A DNA stretch of 46,548 bases from an uncultured Clostridium sp. (GTDB lineage Bacteria > Bacillota > Clostridia > TANB77 > CAG-508). Positions within the stretch are counted from its first letter, which is position 1, and every line of letters begins with the position of its first letter. The stretch spans positions 67,157 through 113,704 of the forward strand of contig CANAUI010000001.1 in NCBI GenBank assembly GCA_947364715.1, written 5' to 3'. Position numbers and translations under genes: made by a program. Below are positions 9,287 to 18,700 of the stretch, one piece after another. The notes under the pieces are model-generated. The model worked only from the letters and a program-made list of their open reading frames with translations. It searched no databases and was not told where the DNA came from.

Positions 9287-10072
9287 GTTAAAAATTTTTC
9301 TTGCATTTGTATAAGTTATTCTTGCTATTTCATCTATTGTTTTTCCTTTTACATTTGCTATTTTTTGTGCAATATATTTAACATTTCTTGGGTCATTTCT
9401 TTTTCCTCTTAATGGCTCTGGTGCTAGATAAGGACTATCTGTTTCAATTAACATCTTATCTTCTGGTATCATTTCAATAATTTCATTTGCATTTTTAGAG
9501 TTTTTAAAAGTAACTGGACCTGCAAGTGAGATATAAAATCCTAATTTCAAAGCTTCTTTTACCAATTCCCTATTTAATGGACAGCAATGAAAAACACCTT
9601 TTTTATTTACTATATTTTTCTTTAAAATTTCAATAGTATCTTGTACTGCTTCTCTTGTGTGAATCACTATTGGTAAATCAAATTCATTTGCAATTTCAAT
9701 TTGTTTAATAAAAGCTTGTTTTTGTAATTCTCTTTTTTCTATATCTTTTTCCCAATAATAATCTAATCCGATTTCTCCTATAGCTACAATCTTTTTATTT
9801 TTTATATTTTCTTTAACTAATTCTTTTATTATATCAATATCTTTCCACAATTTTTCTTCATTTTGTGGAATATCATTAGGAGAAACTCCACAAGTAGTAT
9901 ATATATATTGATAGTTATTAGATAATTCTACTCCTTTTTTACTTCCTTCTATACTATATCCTGCTGAAATAAACTTTGTAATATCTGCTTTTCTTATTTC
10001 TTCTATTAATCTTTCTCTATCTTCATCAAACTTTTCATCATCTAAATGACAATGACTATCAAAAAACTCCAT
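9281..10072 (-). CDS. tatD: TatD family nuclease
   Basis: DSHCHLDD, IGEIGLDY, IHTREA, FHCC, IETDSPYLAP. Confidence 0.94.
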   Translation of the reverse strand: MEFFDSHCHLDDEKFDEDRERLIEEIRKADITKFISAGYSIEGSKKGVELSNNYQYIYTTCGVSPNDIPQNEEKLWKDIDIIKELVKENIKNKKIVAIGEIGLDYYWEKDIEKRELQKQAFIKQIEIANEFDLPIVIHTREAVQDTIEILKKNIVNKKGVFHCCPLNRELVKEALKLGFYISLAGPVTFKNSKNANEIIEMIPEDKMLIETDSPYLAPEPLRGKRNDPRNVKYIAQKIANVKGKTIDEIARITYTNARKIFNI

Positions 10073-10122
10073 TTTTATTTAGCTCCTTTGTTCAATTAGC
10101 TAGTTTTATTTTATGTATCATA

Positions 10123-10506
10123 TTAATAAGCACTTTTCCAAACTACAATCACATTTGATGTAGCATATTCTTTACAATGTGAAATACTAATGTCAATCCC
10201 TTCTATGTCTGGTATATCTATATTTAACAAACTAACATGTGGCCTTCCATTTTTATCATTTATAACCTCCATATCTCTCCAACCAATATCATATTTATCA
10301 TATAATCCATTTGAAATAGCTTTAAATATTGCTTCTTTTGCCGCAAATCTAGCTGCATAATGTTGATATTTTTGATTATTTTTACTTTCACAATATTCAA
10401 TTTCTTTATCTGTATATATGCGTTCCAAAAATTTTATTCCTAAACTATCTATACTTTCTTTTATTCGTTTAATTTCTATAATATCTGTTCCACAACTTAT
10501 CTTCAT
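10123..10506 (-). CDS. acpS: Holo-ACP synthase
   Basis: GTDIIEIKRI, AARFAAKEAIFKA, GRP, ISISH. Confidence 0.95.
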   Translation of the reverse strand: MKISCGTDIIEIKRIKESIDSLGIKFLERIYTDKEIEYCESKNNQKYQHYAARFAAKEAIFKAISNGLYDKYDIGWRDMEVINDKNGRPHVSLLNIDIPDIEGIDISISHCKEYATSNVIVVWKSAY

Positions 10507-10559
10507 AATATTGTTCCTTTTATTATTTTTGATTTCATTCTTTTCTCAAGATATAAACT

Positions 10560-10587
10560 GGTTGGAAAAAAATTAAATTTTCCAACC
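10560..10587. other. Hairpin immediately after the WG-repeat gene stop (terminator or stability element)
   Basis: ggttggaaaa / ttttccaacc 10-bp stem. Confidence 0.45.
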
Positions 10588-12108
10588 TTATTCTTGGTTA
10601 TAATAGTTCATATTAATATCTTTTCCTAGATGCCATATTCCAATAAAGTCAATTACTAGATAATCATCAAGATTATATGTAGGCTCTTTTAATACCTCTC
10701 CTTTATTGTTAATAACACCCCATTTTCCATCTTTTTTTACTGCTACAAACCCATATTCATTTTGTTCTGTTGCGTCATCATACATATATTCTACAACGAC
10801 ATTTCCATCTTTGTTTACAAATCCATATTTATTATCTTTTTTATCTAAAAATAATGTATTGTTACTTAAAATTTGTGTTTTGTCTCTTTCCTCAAATTTA
10901 AAGTTATAATACTTATATTTATCATCTTGTCTTAGTTTAAAATATCCTGCACTTGTATTAATTTCAATTAAAATTCCTGTTTGTTTTATTTCAAAATTGC
11001 TATTCATTACATAACTATCTACATTTTCATCTTCTGCTACATAAATATCTCCTGTTCCGTTATATATGATTGATTGATAGTTAAATGGTACTTTTTCATT
11101 ATTGTCAATATCAACAATTCCTTGTTTTTCTCCTTTTGTTGCAATAAAAACATTAGATTTTGCTTCCACTAAATTATCATATTGTGCTTGTATTAAAACT
11201 TCTCCTGTCAAATTCATAACACCATATTTACTATTTTCAATATAAATAATTCCTTGATTTTTTGTTTTTAATATAGCTGATATTTGCTCAAATCCTTTTG
11301 TTAAAATTTCTTCCTCTTTATCGTTAACTAATTTTTGATTTCCATCTTGTACAACTACATATAAGTCATTTCCATATACTTTTTTTATTTCTTGATATTG
11401 ATTTTTTAAAATCACTTTTTTAGAAGAATCTACAATTCCATATAATCCTGTATCATCTTTTACAATATATCCATCTCTATTAGTTTCTCCTAAGTTATCA
11501 ATTTCTAGATAATTAACATCTAAAATCTTTCTTCCTTCTTTGTCTGCCACTCCATATTTTCCATCTTTTTGAATTAATAACGCATTTTCTATACCTTTTA
11601 TTGCTTCTATATTATCATATTCTATATTCAATAAATTTTTTCCGTCAAAATCAATAATGCCCCATTTCCCATCTTTTTGCACTTTTAATATATTTTTTTC
11701 ATACCATAAGTTGTTATTTTCATCATGATTGCTAATTGCCTCAATTTTTACATAGTCTTTAAATATCTCTTCATTTTTGCTATTTAATACTTTTGTAGAA
11801 TATTCCCCTGTATCATAATTTACATCATATGTACAAAGAAATATATCTGTTTTATTATCTGGAATAATTATCATTTCTCCATATGCAGGCTCTATTACTA
11901 TCTCACCATTTTCTTCAATAACTCCCCATTTATTATTTTTATATACTGCAAAATATGTTTTACTAGAAATTTCTCCTTTACTACTTTCTCTTTGAAAAAT
12001 TCCTTTTATGATAAATACTGACATAATTATCACAATAATTGCTAAAATAACAGCAAAAACTTTTTTTAAATTTAACTTTGGTTCTTCATATCTTCTTCCT
12101 CTGCTCAT
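10588..12108 (-). CDS. Membrane-anchored WG (KWG)-repeat protein
   Basis: N-terminal TM, then repeated KWGVI/KYGV/KWGII..G....I...Y units. Confidence 0.85.
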   Translation of the reverse strand: MSRGRRYEEPKLNLKKVFAVILAIIVIIMSVFIIKGIFQRESSKGEISSKTYFAVYKNNKWGVIEENGEIVIEPAYGEMIIIPDNKTDIFLCTYDVNYDTGEYSTKVLNSKNEEIFKDYVKIEAISNHDENNNLWYEKNILKVQKDGKWGIIDFDGKNLLNIEYDNIEAIKGIENALLIQKDGKYGVADKEGRKILDVNYLEIDNLGETNRDGYIVKDDTGLYGIVDSSKKVILKNQYQEIKKVYGNDLYVVVQDGNQKLVNDKEEEILTKGFEQISAILKTKNQGIIYIENSKYGVMNLTGEVLIQAQYDNLVEAKSNVFIATKGEKQGIVDIDNNEKVPFNYQSIIYNGTGDIYVAEDENVDSYVMNSNFEIKQTGILIEINTSAGYFKLRQDDKYKYYNFKFEERDKTQILSNNTLFLDKKDNKYGFVNKDGNVVVEYMYDDATEQNEYGFVAVKKDGKWGVINNKGEVLKEPTYNLDDYLVIDFIGIWHLGKDINMNYYNQE

Positions 12109-12163
12109 ACGATTGTTCCTCCCATTTTACTGTAAAAATTTTTTCTTTTTACTTTCTTTTGTT

Positions 12164-14572
12164 TTATTTGTCTTTTTTCATAAATTTACATACAATTACA
12201 CTCATATCATCTTTTATTTTTCCAAAATTATTATCAATAGCTTCATTTAATATTATATCTGCTATTTTTTTAGTATTTTTTGTTTCAATATCTTCTAATA
12301 AATATTTAATCCATAATTCCTTATTTTTGTACTCTATATTTGAATCTATTATACCATCTGTACACATAAGTATCATTTGTTCATTTTGTATATCTGTATC
12401 AAACACTTCTATATTATCTTGATTAATCATTCCTGCTGGAAGTGAATTAGATTTTATAATTTGTACTTTTTTATTTTTCTTTATATATGTTGGACATGCT
12501 CCACTTTTTATAAATTCAATTGTTCCTTTATATAAATCTATAATAGCAATATCTAATGTAGCAAACACTTCCTCATTTTTACTAATTAAACTAGTAGTAA
12601 TTAATTCAATAGAACTATCATTGTCAAATCCAAATTCTAATAAGTTTTTTAATATTGCTAATGCTTGCATACTACTTTCATTTGCTTTTCTTCCACTTCC
12701 TAATCCATCACTTAATGCAATTATATATTTTCCATCTTTTAGTCTCATATTTATAAAGTTATCTCCTGAAACTTCACTTTGACTTTTACTAGAATCTGCT
12801 GTTGCAAATCCAATTACATATTTGTCATCACTAATATATATTTGTTCTGTCTCAGTAGAGTGTTCATCATTTAATATGATATCTTCTTTTAAAACTTTAG
12901 TAAGTATATTTTCAATTATACGATAATTTGCTGTTTCTTTAAGTAATATATTAATAATATATCTGTCTTTTCTATTAATAGAAACTTCTTCTATTTCTAT
13001 TTCTTTTTGTTTTAACAATTCTGTAATTTCAATTTCTTGTTTTGTATAATCTTTTTTGACAGAATCTTTTTGTATATCTTTTGCAATTCCAGATATAACT
13101 TTTGAAACACCCATTAATTGTGTTTCCATATTCTTCTTGCTTTCTTCTAATTTTCTTTTCCAAACAAAATTATTTTTACTTACTTTATAAGAAATATTTA
13201 ACATTCTTAAAATTTGTAATATATTTTCTTCTAAATATTCGCTAACTTCTTTATCATCAAACCCTACAATATAACTATTACAATCTGCGAAGATTTTTAA
13301 TAAATCCTCTCTTTCAATTTCTTGTTTTTCTAATAACAAGTCAAATATATTATCTACAATCTTTCCATCTACATTTGCAATGTCTTCATATAATAAATTG
13401 TCTTTATATGGCTCTATATTATTTAATAATTCATTAATAAATATTTGCTTATTTTCTTCTTTTTCTTCAATAGAAATTTCATTTTTTGTATCTTTTGCAT
13501 AAGCATTTGCCATTTTTTTAATAGTTTCAGATACATTATTTAATTTTTCAACTGTTTCTTTTTCTTTTGTTAATGTTCTTTCTTTTGATATTGGTAAAAA
13601 TTTAGAGTTACCTACAAATTCTTCTATGTTAATATGAACATTTTTTGGTACAGCTAATAAAATAACAGATGCTAATAAAATTTCTTTAAAATAAATTAGT
13701 TCTACTGTGTATCCATTTGATGCATATGCTAATATAACATTTCCTATACAAAATCCAACTATAACACCAATTCTTCCAAATCTATTTAAAAATCCTGCTA
13801 CCATACCAGAAATTGCATAAGTTGCTATAATAATTGGCTCTCCTCCTGTAATAATACCTAAAGTAACACCAATTGTTACACCTGATGTAGCACCTACTAA
13901 TACTCCATTTTTCCAACCTAAAATTAACACAATTAATATGCTAAGTATGTTTCGTATTGAAAATCCTAATATAGATACATCTGAAAAAGCAGTTACTGCT
14001 ATTGATAATAAAAGGCTTGTCCCAATAACTTCTTCAATAGAGAATACTTCTTTTTCTCCAAAATTTTCAATAACACCAATAGAATTTGCAAATATCTTAT
14101 AAAATGAAATTGTAATAATTGTATATGTAATGCTTAATAAAATATCATAGAATACAAGTGTAGAAAATAGTGCTTTTATTATTTGTATAACAAAAACACT
14201 AATGAAAATGTTTTTTCCTACTTTTATTTTTTCATTTCTTTCTTCTTCATTATATTTTGGCTTTATAATGAATAAACTAATGAAAAATACAAGACTTGTT
14301 AAAAAGTATTCTAATCCTCCTCCTGCACCAAATTTTATAATGTTTCCTATTAATGATACAATTATAACTCCTAGTAGTGGAATAGAAGATGAAAAACAAG
14401 CTCCTAATATACTTATACTAAATAATGAAAACTCTCCTCCTACACCTACAAGTGACAACATAAAAGATATGATGTACATTATAATGTTATTTTTTTTAAT
14501 AACTTCTGACCATTTACTAATTGTTTCTTGCTTTTTATCTTGTACTGTATATTCATTTATATTTTGAATCAT
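12164..14572 (-). CDS. spoIIE: Stage II sporulation protein E (PP2C-type phosphatase)
   Basis: About 10 N-terminal TMs; phosphatase motifs VSGDN, LSDGLGSG, FATLDI, KSGACP, MCTDG, DDMSV; 802 aa. Confidence 0.9.
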   Translation of the reverse strand: MIQNINEYTVQDKKQETISKWSEVIKKNNIIMYIISFMLSLVGVGGEFSLFSISILGACFSSSIPLLGVIIVSLIGNIIKFGAGGGLEYFLTSLVFFISLFIIKPKYNEEERNEKIKVGKNIFISVFVIQIIKALFSTLVFYDILLSITYTIITISFYKIFANSIGVIENFGEKEVFSIEEVIGTSLLLSIAVTAFSDVSILGFSIRNILSILIVLILGWKNGVLVGATSGVTIGVTLGIITGGEPIIIATYAISGMVAGFLNRFGRIGVIVGFCIGNVILAYASNGYTVELIYFKEILLASVILLAVPKNVHINIEEFVGNSKFLPISKERTLTKEKETVEKLNNVSETIKKMANAYAKDTKNEISIEEKEENKQIFINELLNNIEPYKDNLLYEDIANVDGKIVDNIFDLLLEKQEIEREDLLKIFADCNSYIVGFDDKEVSEYLEENILQILRMLNISYKVSKNNFVWKRKLEESKKNMETQLMGVSKVISGIAKDIQKDSVKKDYTKQEIEITELLKQKEIEIEEVSINRKDRYIINILLKETANYRIIENILTKVLKEDIILNDEHSTETEQIYISDDKYVIGFATADSSKSQSEVSGDNFINMRLKDGKYIIALSDGLGSGRKANESSMQALAILKNLLEFGFDNDSSIELITTSLISKNEEVFATLDIAIIDLYKGTIEFIKSGACPTYIKKNKKVQIIKSNSLPAGMINQDNIEVFDTDIQNEQMILMCTDGIIDSNIEYKNKELWIKYLLEDIETKNTKKIADIILNEAIDNNFGKIKDDMSVIVCKFMKKDK

Positions 14573-14792
14573 GTTTACATACCACCTTTACCTAATTATA
14601 TATGCTATATTTTACTACTTGTCTTTCGTGGTTTTTGTCTTTTTTCGTAACTTATTACGAATAACTTTTTTACAGAATATACTGTTTTTTTATTTTATAT
14701 TTTTTCATATTCCTTTTTATTTGTTTTTATCCTTTTTATTTTATTACAGAATGTCAAAAAAAGCAATATAATCTTTTATTTTATTATTAATA

Positions 14793-14937
14793 GAACAAAA
14801 GGGGCATAATTAAGATACTTTAATCTTTTAGATTATTTACATGCCCCGTCTTTGTTCGTCCGCGAAAATTGCTTTGCAATTTTCTGTGGAATGCTTTATA
14901 TTATAAGAAAGTTCGGAGAACTTTCTTATAATATAAA
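14793..14937. repeat. Palindromic intergenic repeat, full copy (modules A+B+C)
   Basis: 14793-14901 matches 9178-9286; 14895-14937 is a perfect 20-bp stem with GGA loop matching 6154-6194. Confidence 0.9.
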
Positions 14938-14939
14938 AA

Positions 14940-14980
14940 TACACCCTAAAATATTAGTTTTACCTAACATTTAGGGTGTA
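14940..14980 (-). terminator. Probable terminator for the 214-aa gene
   Basis: Stem tacaccctaaa / tttagggtgta with a T-tract on the minus strand. Confidence 0.6.
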
Positions 14981-15019
14981 CTTCATTTCCAAGTGACTTT
15001 TTTTGCAATTAATTGCTTT

Positions 15020-15664
15020 TTATCTTAAACTTTTATTATTAAGTGCATTTTTTAATTCTGTACTTATAATATCTGTTTTATTTTCAATCTTCTCTGAAGA
15101 TTTACTTAATACAGCATTTAATTTACTATCTGTAATAGTATTATCACTATTTATTTTTAATGTTATTTCATTATTTGTAATTGTTCTTCCTATATCATTA
15201 GCACATTCCACCACTTCATGTAAAATCAAGTTATTATCACTAAATGTATAATACCCTACATGACCAGAAGCTAATCCTGGAGCATCATTATAACTGAAAC
15301 TACCATTTTCGTATAAATACAATTTTACTTCTGTTTCTCCATCTGGAGTTGTTCCTGGCTCAACTTTTGCATTTCCAACATATATACCACTTAATGAACT
15401 AAATTTTAAATCATTTTTTTCTTTGGAATTATTATCTTCATTTATATTTGTATTTTCATTGTTTTTTGTATCACTTTCTTGAGTCTCTTTGTTTACTCTG
15501 TCTTCTTCTAATTTTGCAATTTTTGTGTTTAACTCTTCTTCTTTTGAAATCATACTATCTGCTTTTACATGTGAAATATATAAGAAATATCCCATAACAG
15601 CAATAGCAATAATAGCAATAATTAAGAAAAATGTTAATATTTTTGTAATCTTATTTTTTTCCAT
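15020..15664 (-). CDS. Hypothetical membrane-anchored protein (TM, coiled coil, small extracellular beta domain)
   Basis: SD agggag, N-terminal hydrophobic helix, heptad-like stretch, low-complexity linker; no family recognised. Confidence 0.75.
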   Translation of the reverse strand: MEKNKITKILTFFLIIAIIAIAVMGYFLYISHVKADSMISKEEELNTKIAKLEEDRVNKETQESDTKNNENTNINEDNNSKEKNDLKFSSLSGIYVGNAKVEPGTTPDGETEVKLYLYENGSFSYNDAPGLASGHVGYYTFSDNNLILHEVVECANDIGRTITNNEITLKINSDNTITDSKLNAVLSKSSEKIENKTDIISTELKNALNNKSLR

Positions 15665-15693
15665 AAAATCACTCCCTTTTATTAATATTTTTT

Positions 15694-15739
15694 TGTAAAT
15701 TTACACTATTATAATATCATAACATTTTGCTATTGTAAA
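15694..15739 (-). promoter_or_regulatory. Sigma-A promoter with overlapping palindrome (candidate operator) for the 214-aa gene
   Basis: TTTACA-17 bp-TATTAT with extended TG; perfect palindrome TGTAAATTTACA at 15694-15705 near the predicted +1. Confidence 0.5.
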
Positions 15740-15774
15740 CTATCAGTGGCAAAGTTTTCTCATATATTTCAATT

Positions 15775-18700
15775 TTATAGTACTTTCTTTTTGATAGTTA
15801 TAATACCTACACCAATTACAACTAACATTGTAATTCCTAAAACTCCATATATCCAGTATATTCTATTCTCACCAGTAGGTGGAGTTATAATTATTTCTAC
15901 ATTATCATCATCAAATTCTGATTGTGTATATTCATTTATATATGGGTCATATGATTTATTTGTTGTTGGGTCATAATTACCAGGAATTGAATCATATATT
16001 GTTCGTGATTTTAGTTTAATAATTTCTATATTATTTTGATAGATTGCATCATCTGTAGACATTGACAATTGCTTTGATACCACCATACTTGTATCTACTA
16101 ATTCTGAGCCTGGTAGCATATTTTCGAAAATTGGATTTTTCAAATGTATAATATTTTGAAGTCCTTTTACTTTCTCATATATTGGCTCTGCAAGAAGTTT
16201 TCCTTTCATATTAGGCTCTATTTTTATTCTTTCCCAATTGTTGTCCTCTGTTGATTGTAATACTAAATCTTCTGGTAAGTAATCAAACATATCTGCAACT
16301 CTTGCAATTTTCCAACCTGCATTTCCAATTGGTACTGTTCCATAGATATAATAATCTTCATTATTATAATCAATTTCACAATTACTGTTATCTACTGATA
16401 TTTCATAGGTTATCCTTAAAGTTGAGCCTTGTATAATTTCATTGTCAATTTCAATATATACATTATCATCTAATACTTTAACACCTGGCATTTTTGAACT
16501 TCTTGGGTCTCCATTTATTAAATCATTACCATTTGTTAACATTATTTGTATATTTGATACTTGTTTATCAACAATTAAAGATTGTTTTGGTCTTTCTATA
16601 ATACCAAAATCGATATTGTCAAATACAAATTTTAATTCATCACTATATTTACTGATATTATCTAAATTTATATCATAATCTAATTTAATATCAAATTTTC
16701 TAGTATCTGCACTAATATGTGTTAACCCATTATTTCCTATTGCATTTTCATAAGTAATTTCTTCTGCTTCTGTACTTCTAGTTCTAATAATGTTTTCATT
16801 GTCTTTTGCATCTGATAATCTTACTACACCTTCAATGTTGCTTGTTTCTCCTCTATACCAATAATCTTCCATTGCATTTACTGCCTCTTTGTTTCCGCCT
16901 CTATAAATTGTAGATTTATAATTATCTGCATCTATATAACAACTATTACCATTACTATCACGTACAACATTACCATCTTTATCATATAATATGCTTGTAT
17001 CTCCATATGTATATCGTAATATATAATTTCCTGGAATTACACCCTCAAAACTGTATTCTCCTTTTTCATTTGTCATTGTTACAGCTGGGTCTACAACAAT
17101 ATCATCTTTATATGCAACTTCATTTTTCTTGTACAATTTTGCTGGTATATAAGTATCTATACCTGCTTGATTTTTTATAACATTTAGTAATTCTACTCTA
17201 ACATTTTTAACAACATTTTCTGCTTCTTTTACAATACTTTCTGTATCTTCATAAATACCATTACCTTTTCTTTCTTTACTATATCCTGAATTTTGTAATA
17301 AGCCTTGTATTGCACTATCTTCCCAAACTGTACCTTTTATAATTCTTTCTTCTTTTGGTTTAATAATTAGTGATGGTGCTTTATCTGTATCATCTTCAAT
17401 AGTATTTACTATATTAATTTTATTACTTTCATCTATTTCTGGTATAACTGTATCTGGTGCTGAGTCCACATCAATTCCTGCATATGGTATTGAATATTGT
17501 TTATCACTATATGAAGAATATGATGTTATTTCTGTAATAGAATCTAATGTAAGGTCTTTATTTAAAATTGTATTAATTGCATCATTATTTAATTGATAAG
17601 TAATAGTCATTTCCCTTGTTTGACCACTTTCTATTAAATAATTTGATTGTATTTTAATTTTTTTCAAACCATTTTTATTATAATGTAAATCATCTTGAAC
17701 TTGTATAAGATTTCCTTCTTCATCTCTTACAACAACATTTTCATATCTTTCATCATAATAATTTGATAAACTCTTTAAATTTGCATATACATTTGATGCT
17801 TCATTCCTTATTTTTAGTCTATAAGTTATAAATATTTTTAAATTGCCTTCATTTCCTTCTTGTTTGTTATATATAACATCTGAAGGATATACTTCTCTTG
17901 AATATGAATTTTCTGAATATTTATTAGCAAATTTTACTGTCACATTGAATGGGTCTCCACCTGCATAGTTTTCGGGGTCTTCAAATCTTTGTGCATATTG
18001 ATATGTATGTGTGTAATTATTTAAACTAATTTCCACTTTGTCCATATCTTGTATAATTGCCAAGTCTGGCATTTCTCTTTCTTCTACACCTAAGTTTAGT
18101 CCACCAATTTCTATTACTGAATTTTTTCTAATATTATCTGGTGTTAATTCTGGAGTAAATACATCATCTAATTGTGCTATTGCTTGATGTATTATATATT
18201 GGTCATATGTTCCAGATATTGGATATTTTTGACCTTCATATCCATATTTTATATCATCTCCATAATCTACATGACTTTTATGATTTTCTGCATCATATTT
18301 ATAATCAATATTATGCTTTTTCTCTCCATCAGTAGTAGATGATATGCCTTTGCCAATTGTTGCATAACTATCATTAAATTGATTTCTTAATGCTTCATCT
18401 GTTACTGTATTTCCATTTCCAGTATATCTTACAACTGTATTTCCATTTGAAATATTTTCTTTTTGTTCAATAAATTCTGGGTTTACTTCTATTGATTGAT
18501 AATTCATACCATTATATTCAAATTCTATGTATGCTCCTACTAAATCATCTATTTTTAATTTTAGTGCATTTGTATCTTCATCATAATTTCCAAATATGTA
18601 TTCACCATTTTCATCTGTAATTGTTTCATCTACTTTATTACCATTAATATATAGTCTAACTGGTATATTTTGTAGTCTCTTGTCTTCTGCCTGATCATTC

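Noticed and set aside
9766-9772. Other CGG or TCGGA occurrences (tatD ATC GGA, WG gene AAC GGA and GAC GGA, htpX GCG GTT) as further frameshift sites
   Set aside because: All are out of frame in uninterrupted ORFs with correct motifs (e.g. IGEIGLDY).
14620-14760. Spo0A boxes upstream of spoIIE (TTACGAA dyad at about 14645-14661, TGTCAAA at 14752)
   Set aside because: Expected biologically, but all are mismatched 7-mers and I could not fix a promoter, so they are not reported as features.
14909-14923. Resemblance of module C loop (ttcggagaac) to the mreB shift site (ttcggaagaac)
   Set aside because: Too short, needs a gap, and the mreB bases are dictated by the conserved GRT codons; treated as coincidence.
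9178-14937. CRISPR array or IS element interpretation of the repeats
   Set aside because: Copies are dispersed, not regularly spaced; no cas or transposase genes in the window.
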